A stretch of 64,000 bases of DNA from Eledone cirrhosa (GCA_964016885.1 OZ024741.1:203856001-203920000); one strand, 5' to 3'; shown: positions 37,401-50,864, counted from the stretch's first letter. A program made the numbers and translations. The notes: a model not told the origin generated them from the sequence alone.

Positions 37401-38391
37401 TTGCCAAAATGTTGGGGGTTTTATCGGTCGTAAATATTCATCCCCTATTTCGTTAATAACACGTAGTATTTCATTATTTGTTTTTTTATTAAACATTATC
37501 GTTTTAATACGTTCAGCAAGAGAGATATTTATACATGAATTAATTTCTCTCTGGAAGATTTCGTTGAGGGAAATTTTTAATTGTTTATACTTTTGATTAT
37601 TATCATTAAGATAGTATTTTCCGCAATAGTGGAGGTAGACTCGGATGGTACACGTGGTGTCAAATTTCTTCGATTATTATTATTATTTCTTCGATTATTA
37701 TTATTATCGATAGTGTTTTCCCCAGCATTCGAGGTAGACTTAGATGGTACACGTGGTATCAAGTTTCTTACAGGCATAGTTGTTTCAAAGCACTGTTCGA
37801 CCTGGCTGCTAGGAAGTCTAGTAGCATGGCGACATGTAGCACGTGTTGTTGATCCCATGTTTGTTGTGAGGGACTTACAATTAATAATATTTATCTTATT
37901 TTTACGTTCAACAAACGTCGCCTGTTGGTGTAATTGTTTCGCCGCGTAGGGATTTAGCTCTGGGTGCATTTCGTCCCAGTGTAGCTTCATTCTGTTCATA
38001 TAGCCAATGGAGGGATTGTTTTTTGCCATTTTATAACAATTAAATAAATTATCATTAAGTTCGCAATAATTTCGGTTTCTTCTGTAGCTACAACTGAATA
38101 AATTTTGTTTACCTTTCTCGTTGTTTTTCTTCGGTACTTCCTTAATGTTGTTGTTGTTGATGTTGTGTTTAGCCATGCTAATTGTAGCAAATCCTTGTAA
38201 AATGAATTATGTATTTAGTCGGATATCTCTACGAATTCGAATAAAATGTGTCTTCAGTGGATATTATTAGAAGAATAACCAGTTATTCAACATGACTGGT
38301 AGTTGTGGCATTACTGTCGGAGATAGTATTCATCTTAAATTTAATGAGTAGTCTCCCACACCAAAATATGCGACTGATCGCGTTGACTGAC
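34444..38391 (-). mobile_element. R4/Dong-like family C copy C1, near full length, flanked by (TATG)n
   Basis: GYMNRMKLHW..KQLHQQA N-terminus, WLDCRKAFDSVPH, DRLYLKRKQGGRGL, RHD, HNRPDIMIWD; TATG repeats at both ends. Confidence 0.88.
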
Positions 38392-38649
38392 TATGTATGT
38401 ATGTGTGTATGCATGTAAGTATGCATGCATGTATGCATGTATGAGTGTATGTGTGTATGTGTGTATGTATGTACGTGTGTATTATGTGTGTGTGTGTGGT
38501 GTGTGTGTGTATAAATGTTTGTATCTATGTATATGTGGACATATATTTCAAAACACTGACATATATACACATTTACGTAGTTGATATCTTGTTTCTATGT
38601 TAGAATCCAGCTCTCTCACTATTGGTGAAAATTTATAAAATAATAGTCT

Positions 38650-38850
38650 CTGATTCAGGCACAAGGCCAGCAAATTTGGGGGGAGGGAAAAATCGATTAA
38701 ATTGACCCCATTTCATTACTGGTGCTTTATTTTATGGACCCCGTAAGGATGAACGGTAAAGGTAACCTCGACGAGATTTGAACACAGAATGTAAAGGGAC
38801 GTAACTCTATGCTGCAAAACGTGTTCTCCGACGCTCTACCGATACTGTCA
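38650..38850 (-). mobile_element. SINE
   Basis: Reverse complement of SINE core and head. Confidence 0.75.
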
Positions 38851-38899
38851 AAAACCAGAACATATATACCTACCTACATACATACATACATACATACAC

Positions 38900-39430
38900 A
38901 GAGAAGAGAGTAACTAAAAAAAAATAATTTATAAAAGATTCAGACGAAACCAAGCATCAGTCTATAGGAATATGAAGTGCAAAGTAATAAATGTCACTGA
39001 GGCCCCATCCTCAAAACACATAGATTTCTTCTGGAGTAAAATATGGAGTAAAAAGAAGAAATTTACCCAAGATGGAGTGTGGCTAAAAAAAGCCAAAAGA
39101 ACTACTGTCCCTACACTACAACAAAAACATACGAAATAAATGAGGATACCCTTGAGACTGAGATAGGAAAGCTCCAACATAAAAAAAGAACATCAGAAAG
39201 AGACTTGATTGTAAGCTAGTGGTACCAAAAAACTGACATTCTATCGGATGTATCTAATCAACTTCTACCAGCAAGTTCTCAAAGGATATACCATTGTGGT
39301 TGACATTAACACAAACACTACTGGTCTCCCAAAACAAAGACACCCAATTGGCAAAAGAAAATACCGACCCATTGCATGCCAGAACCTGATGTATACAGCT
39401 TTCTCTAAGATCACTGTGAAAATAATAACA
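38900..39430 (+). mobile_element. Family C internal fragment (C3)
   Basis: Matches reverse complement of about 46310-46830 with deletions (KYRPIACQNLMY); preceded by (CATA)n. Confidence 0.7.
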
Positions 39431-39617
39431 TATGTATGTATACATGTATGTATGTATTTATGTGTGTATGTATTTATGTGTGTATGTATGTGTCAAGTTG
39501 CTCTTGAGCACTACTGGTAAAATGTAGCTCAGTACATGTCACACGGTCGACTCCTCGACGTCTAAACCGGCAAACGCACCAAGCTTACTTATGTGTGTGT
39601 GTTTGCACGTATACATA

Positions 39618-40090
39618 TGTAGTGACTACATTCCGTGAGCTCATATACATACTCCGTGCGTTATTTGGCTCAGCCCAGCCAATGACCGCCAGCGGAGGAG
39701 AACGTATCTCTACGCGCCCTGAGGGAAAAATTCCCGCGTTGGCTCGGAAGATCTCTCTCTCTTGCAGCCCGACAGCGCTAAGGTAAACAACTGCTTTTCT
39801 TTCGCCGTGTAATCACTGGCCAATATGTAACACAACAATTTAACCACGGCCTGGCAACACTTCAGCCAGTAGACCGTGCCTTCTAAAAATCTTAATTCGT
39901 TTGTTTTATTTCTCTTGGCATGCCAGCTCTACTCAGCTCAACCTTTGTTAATAAATAACATAAAAACAAGCTAAAGTCGTTGTCGATATTCTTATATCTT
40001 TCTACCAAACTGGTTACTCATGGCGCTATAACTATTACATCACTACTTCGATAACTCTGCTAAACTGGTAATTATAATAGGACTACTACA
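39618..40090. mobile_element. Possible solo LTR
   Basis: TGTAGT...ACTACA termini, CpG-rich, CCAAT and AATAAA inside; no clear TSD. Confidence 0.3.
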
Positions 40091-40239
40091 TCTATATAAT
40101 ACTGCTAAGACGGAGGAGTATATAAGTATGAAATGCTCCTTAAAATATATATATACACACCAACCATTCTTCCTGTTAAACATATATATGTGTGTGTGCG
40201 TGGGGGGGGGGGGGCGCGCAGGGACATAGAAATATTTGG

Positions 40240-43123
40240 TTTGATGCCCCAGGTTAGCCTACCAGGAGTGAAAGACCCTTGGTCCGTATTAGGACATCAT
40301 TCTAGAAAGAAGACTCTAATGTAAAACCTGCGTCTCGATGGCAGCCAATGATGTCGAAGTGTTCTTCTCTTTGGATACATGTCACTGTTGTTCAGAGAGT
40401 GGGATTAGTATAGTGCAATGCTTTTCTTCACTTAAAAATATGTCAAGCACAGGCACCGCGAAATCTAAACATCTTTCACCTGTGTTGCATGAGCATGGTT
40501 GGCCGTAGTCGAAAAAGACAGAACACTTAAAAACTATTAACTCAAACAATGATGTATTAGTCAATGGCAATATGGGCTCTGGAACAAGAAGTGATAGGAC
40601 CAGGTCTTCATCTGGCTACTGCGAGAAACCAAAACCAAAACCAAACCTTTTCCACGTCGGTTGCTGGAATGTTCGTACATTGTTAACTTATAAACCTACA
40701 TTGTCTCGCCCTGGTCAGTTATTGTCGCGAGTGAGCTTCAACGTTATAATATAGAATTTGTATCCTTGTCTGAAACGAGGTTTGTTGAGAAACGTCGTTT
40801 TCAGGAACGGTCTGGTGAATATATTTTGTATTCGATTGGAAGGTCAGATGCAAGAGGGCGGGCTGGAATGGCATTTGCTGTTACAAATACAATTGCTTCC
40901 AAACTAGATGCGTATTCACATAGGTTCTCTGACCGGCTCATTTCTATGATGGTTCCACTATCCAAGGACAGGTTCGTTACAGTTATGAGTGTATATGCTC
41001 CGACCATGTGTGCTACGGAGGACGAAGAACTTGCATTTTATCCATTTTTAAAGGAACTTATCCGGAAGATCTCCCGATCTGATGAAAATCTCATACTTTG
41101 GGCTTTAATGCTAGAGCTGGAAAAAACCATAGACCTTCGGTGTGATTAGTAAACATGGGATTAGAAAATGTAATAGTAATAGCTTGTTCCTCGTGCAAAT
41201 GTGCCAGGAGCTAAGTCTTTGTATAGCTAACACGTTCTTTCAGCACAAGGACAAGACAACTTAGATGCATCCAAGACTAAAACAGAGGCACATAATAGAT
41301 TTCGTTCTTGTGCGTAGACGGGATGTTCGGGACATCTGTGATGTCCGTGTGTTGTCTCGTTCACACTAAAGTAAAATTTATAAGGAAGTCGAAAACACGA
41401 GTAAGCGTTGTTCCAAAGAAATTCAACATTACTCTGATTTAAAATTCTTCAATAAAGGTTGAGCTGATGAGAAGGTTATATGAGATTCAATGTGATGACA
41501 CATGAGAATATTTCGAAACTTCGGTTTCTAATATGTCTCTTGGTTGTATTGATAGGAAACATCAACATCAAGATTGATTGAATGAAAATGCGGAAGAGAT
41601 TGAAATACTACTTAATGAAAAGAAGACAGCGTTGACGAGGAGCTGAAAGGAGCGAAATATTGTTAGAGGAGGCGAAGGCTAACTTACAGCGAAATCTCCG
41701 TAGCGTTGCAAGTTGCATGGTGGAAAAGTAAAGCGGGGGAGATTCTGGCTGCAGCTGATGCTAACAATAGATGTGATTTAGCAACTTATTACGAGAAATC
41801 TATGGTCTTTATTCTTCTCCGAAATCTCAGAATGGCAACGGAGAGAGCAAAACGACATCCTTTTGAGATGGAAGGAGCACTTCCAAGGACTTTTGAATAG
41901 GCCCTCTCATGTCAATGGGGGGTTTGTTGATTCAAATCCTAATTGACCTACAAATGATGTACTAGTAGAAAAGTCTAGCTTAGAGGAATCGGAAGTGGCT
42001 GTAACATAACACAATAATGGAAGGTGACCAGGGATGGATGGTATTTGTACTGAGGTGCTGAATTGTGAAAGTTGAAACATTCATCGGCCTTTTACAAACC
42101 TGATACGTAAGGTTTTGGAGTTTATAAAGGAAAAGGCGTGGTAATTCTCGTAGGCTAGCCTTCCTATCAGTTGTGTGGAAAGTCTTGTCTAGGATCATAC
42201 TAGACAGATTGCTTGATAACATCACTGACAATGTAGTGTGGCAACTAAAGGAGAAGTGCACTGAGCAAGGAATGAATTTCTATCACGCCTTTGTTGATTT
42301 GACAAAGGCTTTTGATAAGGTGAATAGGACTGTTTTAAAGAAGATTCCAACTAAGCTCGTATCAGTTCTGAAGAGTTTTCATGATGGTATGGAAGCTTGT
42401 GTCAATCTATGTGGACAAGTGACATATCCGATTTATGTTGAAAATGGGGAAAAACAGGGTGATATACCAGAATCTACTCTGTTTGCATTTTTCTTTATGG
42501 TATTTGAGAATTGCACACATGGGATTTATATCAAGTATCGTACGACAGGTAAGATGTTTAACGAAAGTATTTGCTACTTTATACGTGAATTTTTGTATGC
42601 AGATGATTGTGATCTTGTGCTCACTCTGATAATGATATGCAGCACCTGATAGATTCTTTTTCAGGGGCATGCAACGCGTTGGGTCTGACAACCAGCCTGG
42701 CTAAAACAGTTGACATGTATCAACCTATCCGGGAAAGAACTTCACAAACCCTACCATTTATAAGTGACAAAAAAATTGAATGTTGTGGATAAGTTTGTGT
42801 ATTTAGGCAGAACAGTTAACATGATACAGACTCTTGATGGTGAAATCTCCCTGGTGTTGACAAGGAGTTTTCACTGATACAATATGTATATTGTCTTCAT
42901 TGTTATATGTGTGTGAAACTCGGGTCATATACCACGACAATATAGAAAAAAATGCTTGAACATTTTCATCAACAGGAACCCAAAGTTGGAGTAACGTTCA
43001 TGACTGCAGCATATGCTGAGAAGAATGTAAGTCCTTAGCAGGACTAAGGTGTAATGTTCGTGTCACCCATGTGTGAGAAAAGAATCAAATAATGGCAATT
43101 CTCGAAATCGAGATGCAGCCATC
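40240..43123 (+). mobile_element. RTE-clade LINE, degenerate, ending GCAGCCATC then (ATGT)n
   Basis: GCWNVRTL, SETR, SVYAPT, FVDLTKAFDKVNR, FLYADDC; 5' UTR shared with the elements at 43137 and 47570. Confidence 0.85.
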
Positions 43124-43136
43124 ATATATGTATGTA

Positions 43137-43215
43137 GGGCCACTCTTGAGTGCTACTGATAACATGTAACCCAGTACAACCTGTCGCATGGTCGGGTCGT
43201 CGGCGACTAAACCGG
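43137..43215 (+). ncRNA. Candidate HDV-like self-cleaving ribozyme (degenerate)
   Basis: P1 GGCCA/TGGTC; P2 CCAGT/ACCGG (ACTGG in the paralog); loop CC with GG; P4 GTCG-TCGG-CGAC; J4/2 CTAA; located at the element 5' end. Confidence 0.5.
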
Positions 43216-43604
43216 CAACCCCACCATGTTTACTTGGTAAGGAGGGAGATTTTAGACACCCTGCAGGACAAAAAACAAAACCTGACAAAACGCGGAAGAA
43301 CTCATAAGAGTCAACGGCCATCCAAAAGTGTGTAAATATGTATAAACATATGTACCGCGTGGTTAAACCACTGGCAGTGAAGAACCCCTAGCATTTGTCA
43401 GGGCATTCTTCTAGGAGATGGCAACTCAGGAAACTGGGATAACTCCGATATAAAACCTGCAGCTCAGTAGTTGCCGATGATGTTGATCTTTTCTTCTTTT
43501 CGGGTCATAGATACTGTCGCTCAGAGAGTGGGATGGCTCAGTGCACTGTTTTACCTCACTTTAAAAAAATTTTCACGCACAGGCATTGCACGATAGAATT
43601 AATT

Positions 43605-43737
43605 AATTGTTTCTACTTTAGACACAAGGCCTGCAATTACCCAGTACATTACTGGTACTTTATTTTATCGACCCCGTAAGGATGAAAGGCAAAGTTAACA
43701 TCGGCGAGATTTGAACTCAGACTGTAAAGGGACGTAA
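43605..43737 (-). mobile_element. SINE with 15-bp TSD
   Basis: ATAGAATTAATTAAT at 43593 and 43737. Confidence 0.85.
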
Positions 43738-43970
43738 TAGAATTAATTAATAATTATTAATAATGGTATATGGTGCAATGGCCATACTCGATAACGAGGG
43801 GACAGCCATCATGTATGTATGATGCAAGACCTGAGGCCAGGGAGATCCATAGTTGTCGTCAGTGTGTGACGGAGCACAAGTCTCTAGCAGGCTTGAAAAT
43901 CCATATCCGAGTGTCACACATCTGAATCTGACAAGCGATTACAATACTCTCAGCAGAATTTGCAGCCATC

Positions 43971-44048
43971 ATGTATGTATGTATGTATGTATGTAGGTAT
44001 GTATGTATGTATGTATGTATGTATGTATGTATGTATGTATGTATGTAT
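43971..44048. repeat. (ATGT)n microsatellite, tail of an RTE 3' fragment
   Basis: Directly follows GCAGCCATC. Confidence 0.9.
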
Positions 44049-44049
44049 A

Positions 44050-47000
44050 TTCTTCTGGTTTTATAATTTCACAAAGTTTTACCAATAGAGAGAGAGTCGG
44101 TTTCTAACATAGACACAAGACTCTCTCATTGGAATTTACACAACATCAACCAGGTAGATTATGTATGCCTGCATGTGTAGATATGGATGTTATTGTATGT
44201 GTGGATGTGGATGTTTTGAGTTGTATGTGTGCATGTGTATATGCTTTGTATCTGTACATATGTATATGCAGTTATTAGATGCAAAATTTTTGGAATCTTT
44301 TATATATTTTTACTGTTCCATTAATGGATTGTACTTGTAATTTCCTAACTAGTTGTGTTCTTTCTGTTCCTGCGAAGCCTAGATTCTCAAGATTTGTATT
44401 GAGGCAGTTACTAACATACCCCAGTGCCTCAATAATCACAGGTATAAATCTGAAGGTGTAATCAGGGTGGAGTATCTGCAGATTTCTCATCAGTTCTGCA
44501 TAAATATTCTCCTTTTCACTAATCTTTGATATTATATTGGCATCTGTTAGGCAGCTAACTTCCACTACTGTGCATGTTTTCTTTTACCTGTCCCATATCA
44601 TGATATCTGGTCTGTTATGCCTGCATTTTATTGGGGTTTTTACTGGAACATTCCACCAGTACTCTTTCATATTATGTACATGGATGTCTTCCACATTGCT
44701 GTAGCTTTTAATGTGTTTATTATCGGGGCTATCTTTTTTACGAACTGCATTGTACAGTGTTTTGGCCACTACATCATGCCTCATAGGTAGATAGTACCGC
44801 GATGACATCTTTGGACAGCTGCTGATGACATGGGTGATATCCTCGATGTTAGTTCTGCAGAGTCTGCTCTTGTTATCACATCTAGGTGTTTTACCTGCAT
44901 CCCTATCTCTTTTGTGAATCAGGTATTTCGTGCTAATCTCCTGTTCCTTGATTGCAAAAGCGTATCCTTCAAAGTGGGAGCCAATATAGCGGTTGTTGGT
45001 CCAAGATAGACTACTTTCCTTATCTATATTACTCTCACTCTGGAGCTTCCTGGCAACATATCGATGCATGATTTTTTGCTGATAGGCATGCAGTTTTTCA
45101 TCCATGGATTCACTGCGAAACTGCTGAGCGACATCCCTGTGTGTGAGTTTTTGATTATCACACAGGGAATATCTCTCAAGGAGTTCCTTCCCAACTCTCA
45201 TGATCTTATCTGTTTCATGCAGATAGACTTGCTCGAGAAACGGGCTCCTACGCTTCGAGGTTCGTAGATGTTGTCGGAGAGATGTGATGCGACATTCAAA
45301 TGTTGTCTGGACTGATGTTAGGCCTCTGCCTCCCTACTTACGTTTCAAGTAAAGGCGGTCTATGTCACTGTTGATGTGGAAGTTTCCGGTGTTGTTCAGT
45401 ATTTTACGAGTTCCAACATCAATTCCTCGGATTTCGTCTATCGTCCAATTGAGTATTCCAAACGTTGGTGTTAGGACAGGCACAGCAAACACATTGTGAG
45501 TCACTCTTTTGTTTTGCGCAGAGAGTTCCGATGACCACATCTTTCTTAATCGGGTGTAGTATTCCCTGGTTACGCGTTCCTTATTACAGATAGCATTATA
45601 GGATATGTTCTCATCTATCCCCAGGTATGTGTTGCAGTCCTTATCAGATATCGGTGAAACAGTTAGGCCATTGATGACAATGTTGCTAGAGTGGGTTGTT
45701 GTTTCCCCTCGCTTTACAGTCATATATGAGCATTTATCTTGGCCAAACTCCATTCCTATTTCCTTTGAGAACGTTGTAACCAGATCAAGATTTTTCTTCA
45801 TCCCATCCATGTTCTTGGCATAGAGTTTCAGATCGTCCACAAAGAAATTATGGGTTAGGTTCGTATTTCTGTCCTCCTCTGAGCCAATGATGTATCCCTC
45901 ACATTTCTTGAGCAGAAATGACAAGGGGTTTAATGACAAGATGAATAATATCACAGAGAGATTGTCCCCCTGAAATATACCCCTGCAATATTTTATTTTA
46001 TCAGTGAAAATAGAGTCCTCCCTCTCTGTCTTTAACCTTAGGATAGTAGCCCAAGAAGAAGACAGCCTCTCTATGGCTCTGACAATAATGTCTGGGACTT
46101 TAGCAAGTTAGAGGGCCTCTATCATCCAAGAGTGGGGAACAGAATCGAAAGCTTTCCTGTAGTCCAGCCAGACTGTAGCCATATACCTCCTAAATTGTCG
46201 CACCTCCGACATCGCAGTTTTGTTGATTAGGAGTTGTTCAGCACATCCCCAAACCCCTTTCTTTCCAGCTGCTTGTTCATCTGTGATGATGTTATTATTT
46301 TCACAGTGATCTTGGAGGAATAGATTCAAGCAGGCTGTATACATCTTATACATCAGGTTGTGGCATGCAATGGGTCGGTAGTTTTTTGCCAAGTGGGTGT
46401 CTTGGTTCTTGGGGTCCAGTAACGTTTGTGCTAATGTCAACCATTCTGGTATAAGTGTATCTCTCTTGGTAGAGGTCAGTAAGATACCTCCGATAGAATA
46501 TTAGTTTTTTGTACCAGTAGCCGACAATCATGTCTCTTTCTGGTGTTTTCTTGGAGTTTTCCTATCACAGTCTCAAGGGTACCCTCACTTATTTCGTATG
46601 TTTTTGTTGTAGTGTAGGAGCAAGAGTTCTTTCGTTCGGATTTCTCTTAGCCACACTGCATCTTGGTTGAAATTCTTCTTTTCACCCCATATTTTTCTCC
46701 AAAAGGAATCTATGTCTTTCTGGGATGGGGCCTCAGTGACATTTATTATTTTGCCCTTCATATCTCTATAGACTGATGTTTGGTTTCGTCTGAATCTTTT
46801 ATTAAGCATTTTTCTTTCATCTACCTTCTTCAGGTATCGGCGTTTTTCGCTAACAGCTCTCAATTCTTGTTTGAGGGTGATCAGCTTATATTGGAGAGTT
46901 CTGGTTCTACTGTTACCAAACATCGTCTCTATTTTATTTTTCACTCTTTGTTGGTGAGGAGTGAGTTTTTTTTGTGTTTGTTTGCATGTAAGGAGCATTG

Positions 47001-47553
47001 TCACATATCCTATGTTTTTTCGTAGGTCAGTACTCTTTTTTTCTATTTTAGTTATATATGATGGTATTGTTTGTGGTGTTTTGTTCTTGTTAATATCTCT
47101 GCTATCACCAAGATAATGCTTCACTGTCGTTGCTAGGGCATATAAACTGGCGTTTATTTGCCAAAATGTTGGGGTTTTTATCCGTCGTAAATATTCATCC
47201 CATATTTCGTCAATAACACGTAGTATTTCATTATTTGGTTTTTTTATTCACCATTGTCGTTTTAACACGTTCAGCAAGAGAGATATTTATACATGAGTTA
47301 ATTTCTCTCTGGAAGATTTCGTTGAGGGAAATTTTCAATTGTTTATACTTTTGATTATCATTATCGATAGTATTTTCCACAACAGTCGAGGTAGACGCAG
47401 ATGGTACACGTGGTGTCACATTTATTCGATTATTATTATTATCGATAGTGTTTTCCCCAGCATTCGAAGTAGACTTAGATGGTACAGGTGGTGTCAAGTT
47501 TCTTACAGGCATAGTTGTTTCAAGGCGCTATTCGACCTGGCTGCTAGGAAGTC
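44050..47553 (-). mobile_element. R4/Dong-like family C copy C2, 5'-truncated, flanked by (TATG)n
   Basis: Highly similar to C1; retains THNFFVDDLKLY; REL IMIWD..EVSC..KENIYAEL. Confidence 0.88.
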
Positions 47554-47569
47554 TATGTATGTATGTATG

Positions 47570-48110
47570 TTGGCGACTAAACTGGCAACCCCATCAAGGT
47601 TTCTTGGTGAGGAGGGTGACTTTGGACATCCTGCAGGACTAAAAACAAAACCTGCCAAAGGGCAAAGGAGCTCTTAAGAGTCAATGGCCATCCAAAATCA
47701 CCGGGAGAGAGGATCTCTTAGCCTTTGTCAAGGCAGAATTCTAGGAGAAGGAAAACTCTGATATAACACCTGCAACCCTGATGGTATCCAATGATGTTGA
47801 CTTGTTCTTCTTTTTGGTAAATATCATCTTGCTTAAGAGAGTGGGACTGGCTTTGTGCAGTGCCTTTGCTCACTATAAAAGCTTCACGGCACAGGCATTG
47901 CTTTATATCTGGAGATCTCTCTGCACTAGTCGTCACATGGTACCATGGGCCCAGCACTATGTGTCAATAATTGTCACAAGTGTAGTGTTTGTACCAGAGT
48001 TTTCAAGTCGCTGGCTGGACTAAAAAGTCACACTTGTTCAGCGCATCGGTAGGGGTTCTCCTACATGGATATAAAGTAGTGGCCGTACTCGAAAACGAGT
48101 TGGCAGCCAC
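47570..48110 (+). mobile_element. Non-autonomous RTE derivative
   Basis: Starts GGCGACTAAACTGGCAACCCC, homologous to 43202 onward; ends GGCAGCCACC then ATGTATG. Confidence 0.65.
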
Positions 48111-48150
48111 CATGTATGCATGTATTTATTTATGTATGCATGTATGTATG

Positions 48151-48860
48151 TTCTCTCTTTCTCTTAGTTTTGAGTTTATTTTTGACCAGTCACCTTCCCA
48201 TTCGCAAGGTTGTAAAGAAAAGAAAATTGCCATCGTCTCTTGTGTAATAATGTTTTACAAATTCTAAAGATTCCAGATATTCCGGCCATTTATAGCTTAT
48301 GAATTAAGGATCTACGTTCTTTCTCCACAAAGTTATATTTTGGTTATATTTTGGTTATATTTTGGTCTAGCTGGTTGGTATATAACATGTAGCTGCAATA
48401 ATAACGAGTATGAAGATTAACTGGATTTGCAAAATCTTCATCAGTGATCCGTAAATATTCTCATTTTCTTGCATTTTCTTACTACACTGACACCAAATGG
48501 GCAGTTGACCTTTACAACAGAACATGTTTTTGATGTGTAGTCCCAAACAACAATATTAGGCCGATTGTGCTTTAATTTATTGGCAGTTTGTTTTTTGTTT
48601 TTGTTTTTTGTTTTGTTTTGTTTTGTTTTTGTGTGTGTGTGTGTGGGGGAGGGGTCCACGAGTATTCGTTTGAACCATCAGCCACAACATATTCCTACAT
48701 ATTTGATTTCATTTCCGTCTTCCAGATCGTTTTAGCTATCACATCATGCCTCATGGGGAAGAAGTGACGAGAAGACATTTTTTCACAGTTGGCAATAATG
48801 GGGCTAACATCTTCAATCTTGGTTTTGTCACCTACTGTTTGTAGTTGTGGGGTGTTTGAC
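48151..48860 (-). mobile_element. Third REL-type (R4-like) family, 3' fragment
   Basis: FFPMRHDVIAK and HNRPNIVVWD..VNCPF; 3' end abuts TATG repeats. Confidence 0.6.
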
Positions 48861-49009
48861 GATAAAAATGATGATGATTATGATAAAATATATTTGGGTA
48901 CACAGACTATTCAAAATATTCGTGTTAGTTGGTATGCAAGCTCAATTCAGGGGAAATCATTTTGTTACAATATTTAAGAGTTATTTCCCTTACACTATTT
49001 ACCTCTTTT

Positions 49010-49345
49010 TACGTCCCTTTACGATCTGAGTTCAAATCCCGCCGAGGTTGACTTTGCCTTTCATCCTTACGGGGTCGATAAAATAAAGTACCAGTAATGC
49101 ACTGGGTAATTGCTGGCCTTGTGCCTAAAGGAGAAACAATTATTTACCTCTTTTTTGCGGTGGATTGGCAGTATCAGTAGAGGGTCGGACGCCATGCTTT
49201 CCAGCATAGTTACGTCCCTTTACGATCTGAGTTCAAATCCCGCCAAGGTTAACTTTGCCTTTCATCCTTACGAGGTCGATAAAATAAAGTACCAGTAATG
49301 TACTGGGTAATTGCTGGCCTTGTACCAAAAGTAGAAACAATTATT
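49010..49345 (+). mobile_element. Two tandem SINEs
   Basis: Two SINE cores; ATTTACCTCTTTTT occurs before, between and after them. Confidence 0.85.
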
Positions 49346-49699
49346 TACCTCTTTTTTTTTATTTCAATGAATATTGGATATTAGCTTCTGAAACTATGAC
49401 GTATATTTAACCTTTCATTGCCATGTTTCTAATTAATAATCTTTAAAATAATGAAGGATTTAAAGGATTTAGTGAAACAATTAAATTTCTTATTATTAAG
49501 TTGGTGTTTTGAACATAACAAAGGTTTCTAGTTAAATATAACTTTCTCACTTTTTTGCATAAAAAAACATTTTATGGAACAAAAAAATATCGCATAACAA
49601 GATTAAATAGAAGTTCATACATATAATTAATTATTACTAGGAACTTTATAATATAATACAGAAAAATATATAATCAAAGTAAGAAAACAAACATCAGTT

Positions 49700-50700
49700 C
49701 AACACTAAGTGCGTTAAACGGTCACACACCACAAGGGTCATCCGCAATTTTGTGTGCAAGCCAACAGTCTCGCAGCAGTTCCGCGGGTGATGGCATGGCT
49801 AAGGCGCTGAAACAACCAAGCACTCTCACGGGCATCACCTGACACATCGGTAACGTGAGCCGCGCCCAGCTTCACCAAACGTCTCGAACGCCACAGGTTT
49901 GAAAAAATAGTTGATAATTCCTGATATTCTAGGATGTTATTCCGTTCGGCTACGGAAGCAGTGATCCTCACATTTACCACGGCATCCAGGCACAAAGGGT
50001 AAGACCATCTGGTCCCTTCCCATCAATTCTGGATAATCCAGCCGGCTCCAGAACTGAGGGAATGTTTACCCGAGCTAGGGCTTATTTAATGATCAGGTTT
50101 AACTCACTGTGGCGAGTAAAGCAACCAGCATTGAGGCGGCAAGTCAAATCATGGAGGCCTATTGAGTTCAAGGGGCCTACCACATCGACATCTCAGGTCC
50201 CTACTGACATCGACTCCCATTATGAGTGCAATGGAAATGCGGAGCCCGTCCAGACTGAGAAGACCACCAATGTTGGCCACAGGCAGGGCATCAACCCAAT
50301 CCCCCAAGAATTTTGCGCTTATAGAAAATAGGCTACACCTTGAAAATTGATCAGATTGATCAAAGAGAGAGTTGAAGGTATCACGAGAACACAGATTGCC
50401 CCATACTCTCTACTTCCGTCTATCCTCATCAGTATCAGGAACCGACAGACCTAGCTCTCTCCACTGTAGTAGAGCTTCATCCATCTCCCTGTTGAAATTA
50501 CTCTATGTTGGAAAGGAGAGGATGTTACCTATTAAAGTGGGGAAAGCGTGGATGGAGGAAACCGAGACCTCCAAACCGTTTGGGCAAGGCAGCCTGGTCA
50601 CAGGACTCTTGAATTCACTGAAGATTAAGTCGTCAACTTGTTGGAGAGAGCACGAGGATCTATAGGAAGGAGTAACTCTGAGGAAATAAAATTTAGAACT
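49700..50700 (-). mobile_element. CRE-like REL non-LTR element, degenerate 3' part
   Basis: LFQRLSHAITRGTAA C-terminal motif; upstream RHSELN and GPDG motifs read on the minus strand. Confidence 0.65.
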
Positions 50701-50864
50701 CGACAAGTTATTCCTAAGTTTTAAAATCTTTGGTGAGGCTCAATAGGTTTTTTTTTTAAGTTGCTTGAGGTTAGCCAACTTAAATCGAAAGTTAGCCTTT
50801 GGCTTGTTCAGTTATGCTTCAAAAACTGGCTTAATAATGAGAAATTTAATAATATTAATAAACC

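Larger units (their letters stand above)
43137..43810 (+). mobile_element. Non-autonomous RTE derivative (5' UTR plus 3' end) with a SINE insertion
   Basis: UTR homologous to 40260-40460; ends ACAGCCATC then (ATGT)n; no ORF. Confidence 0.65.
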
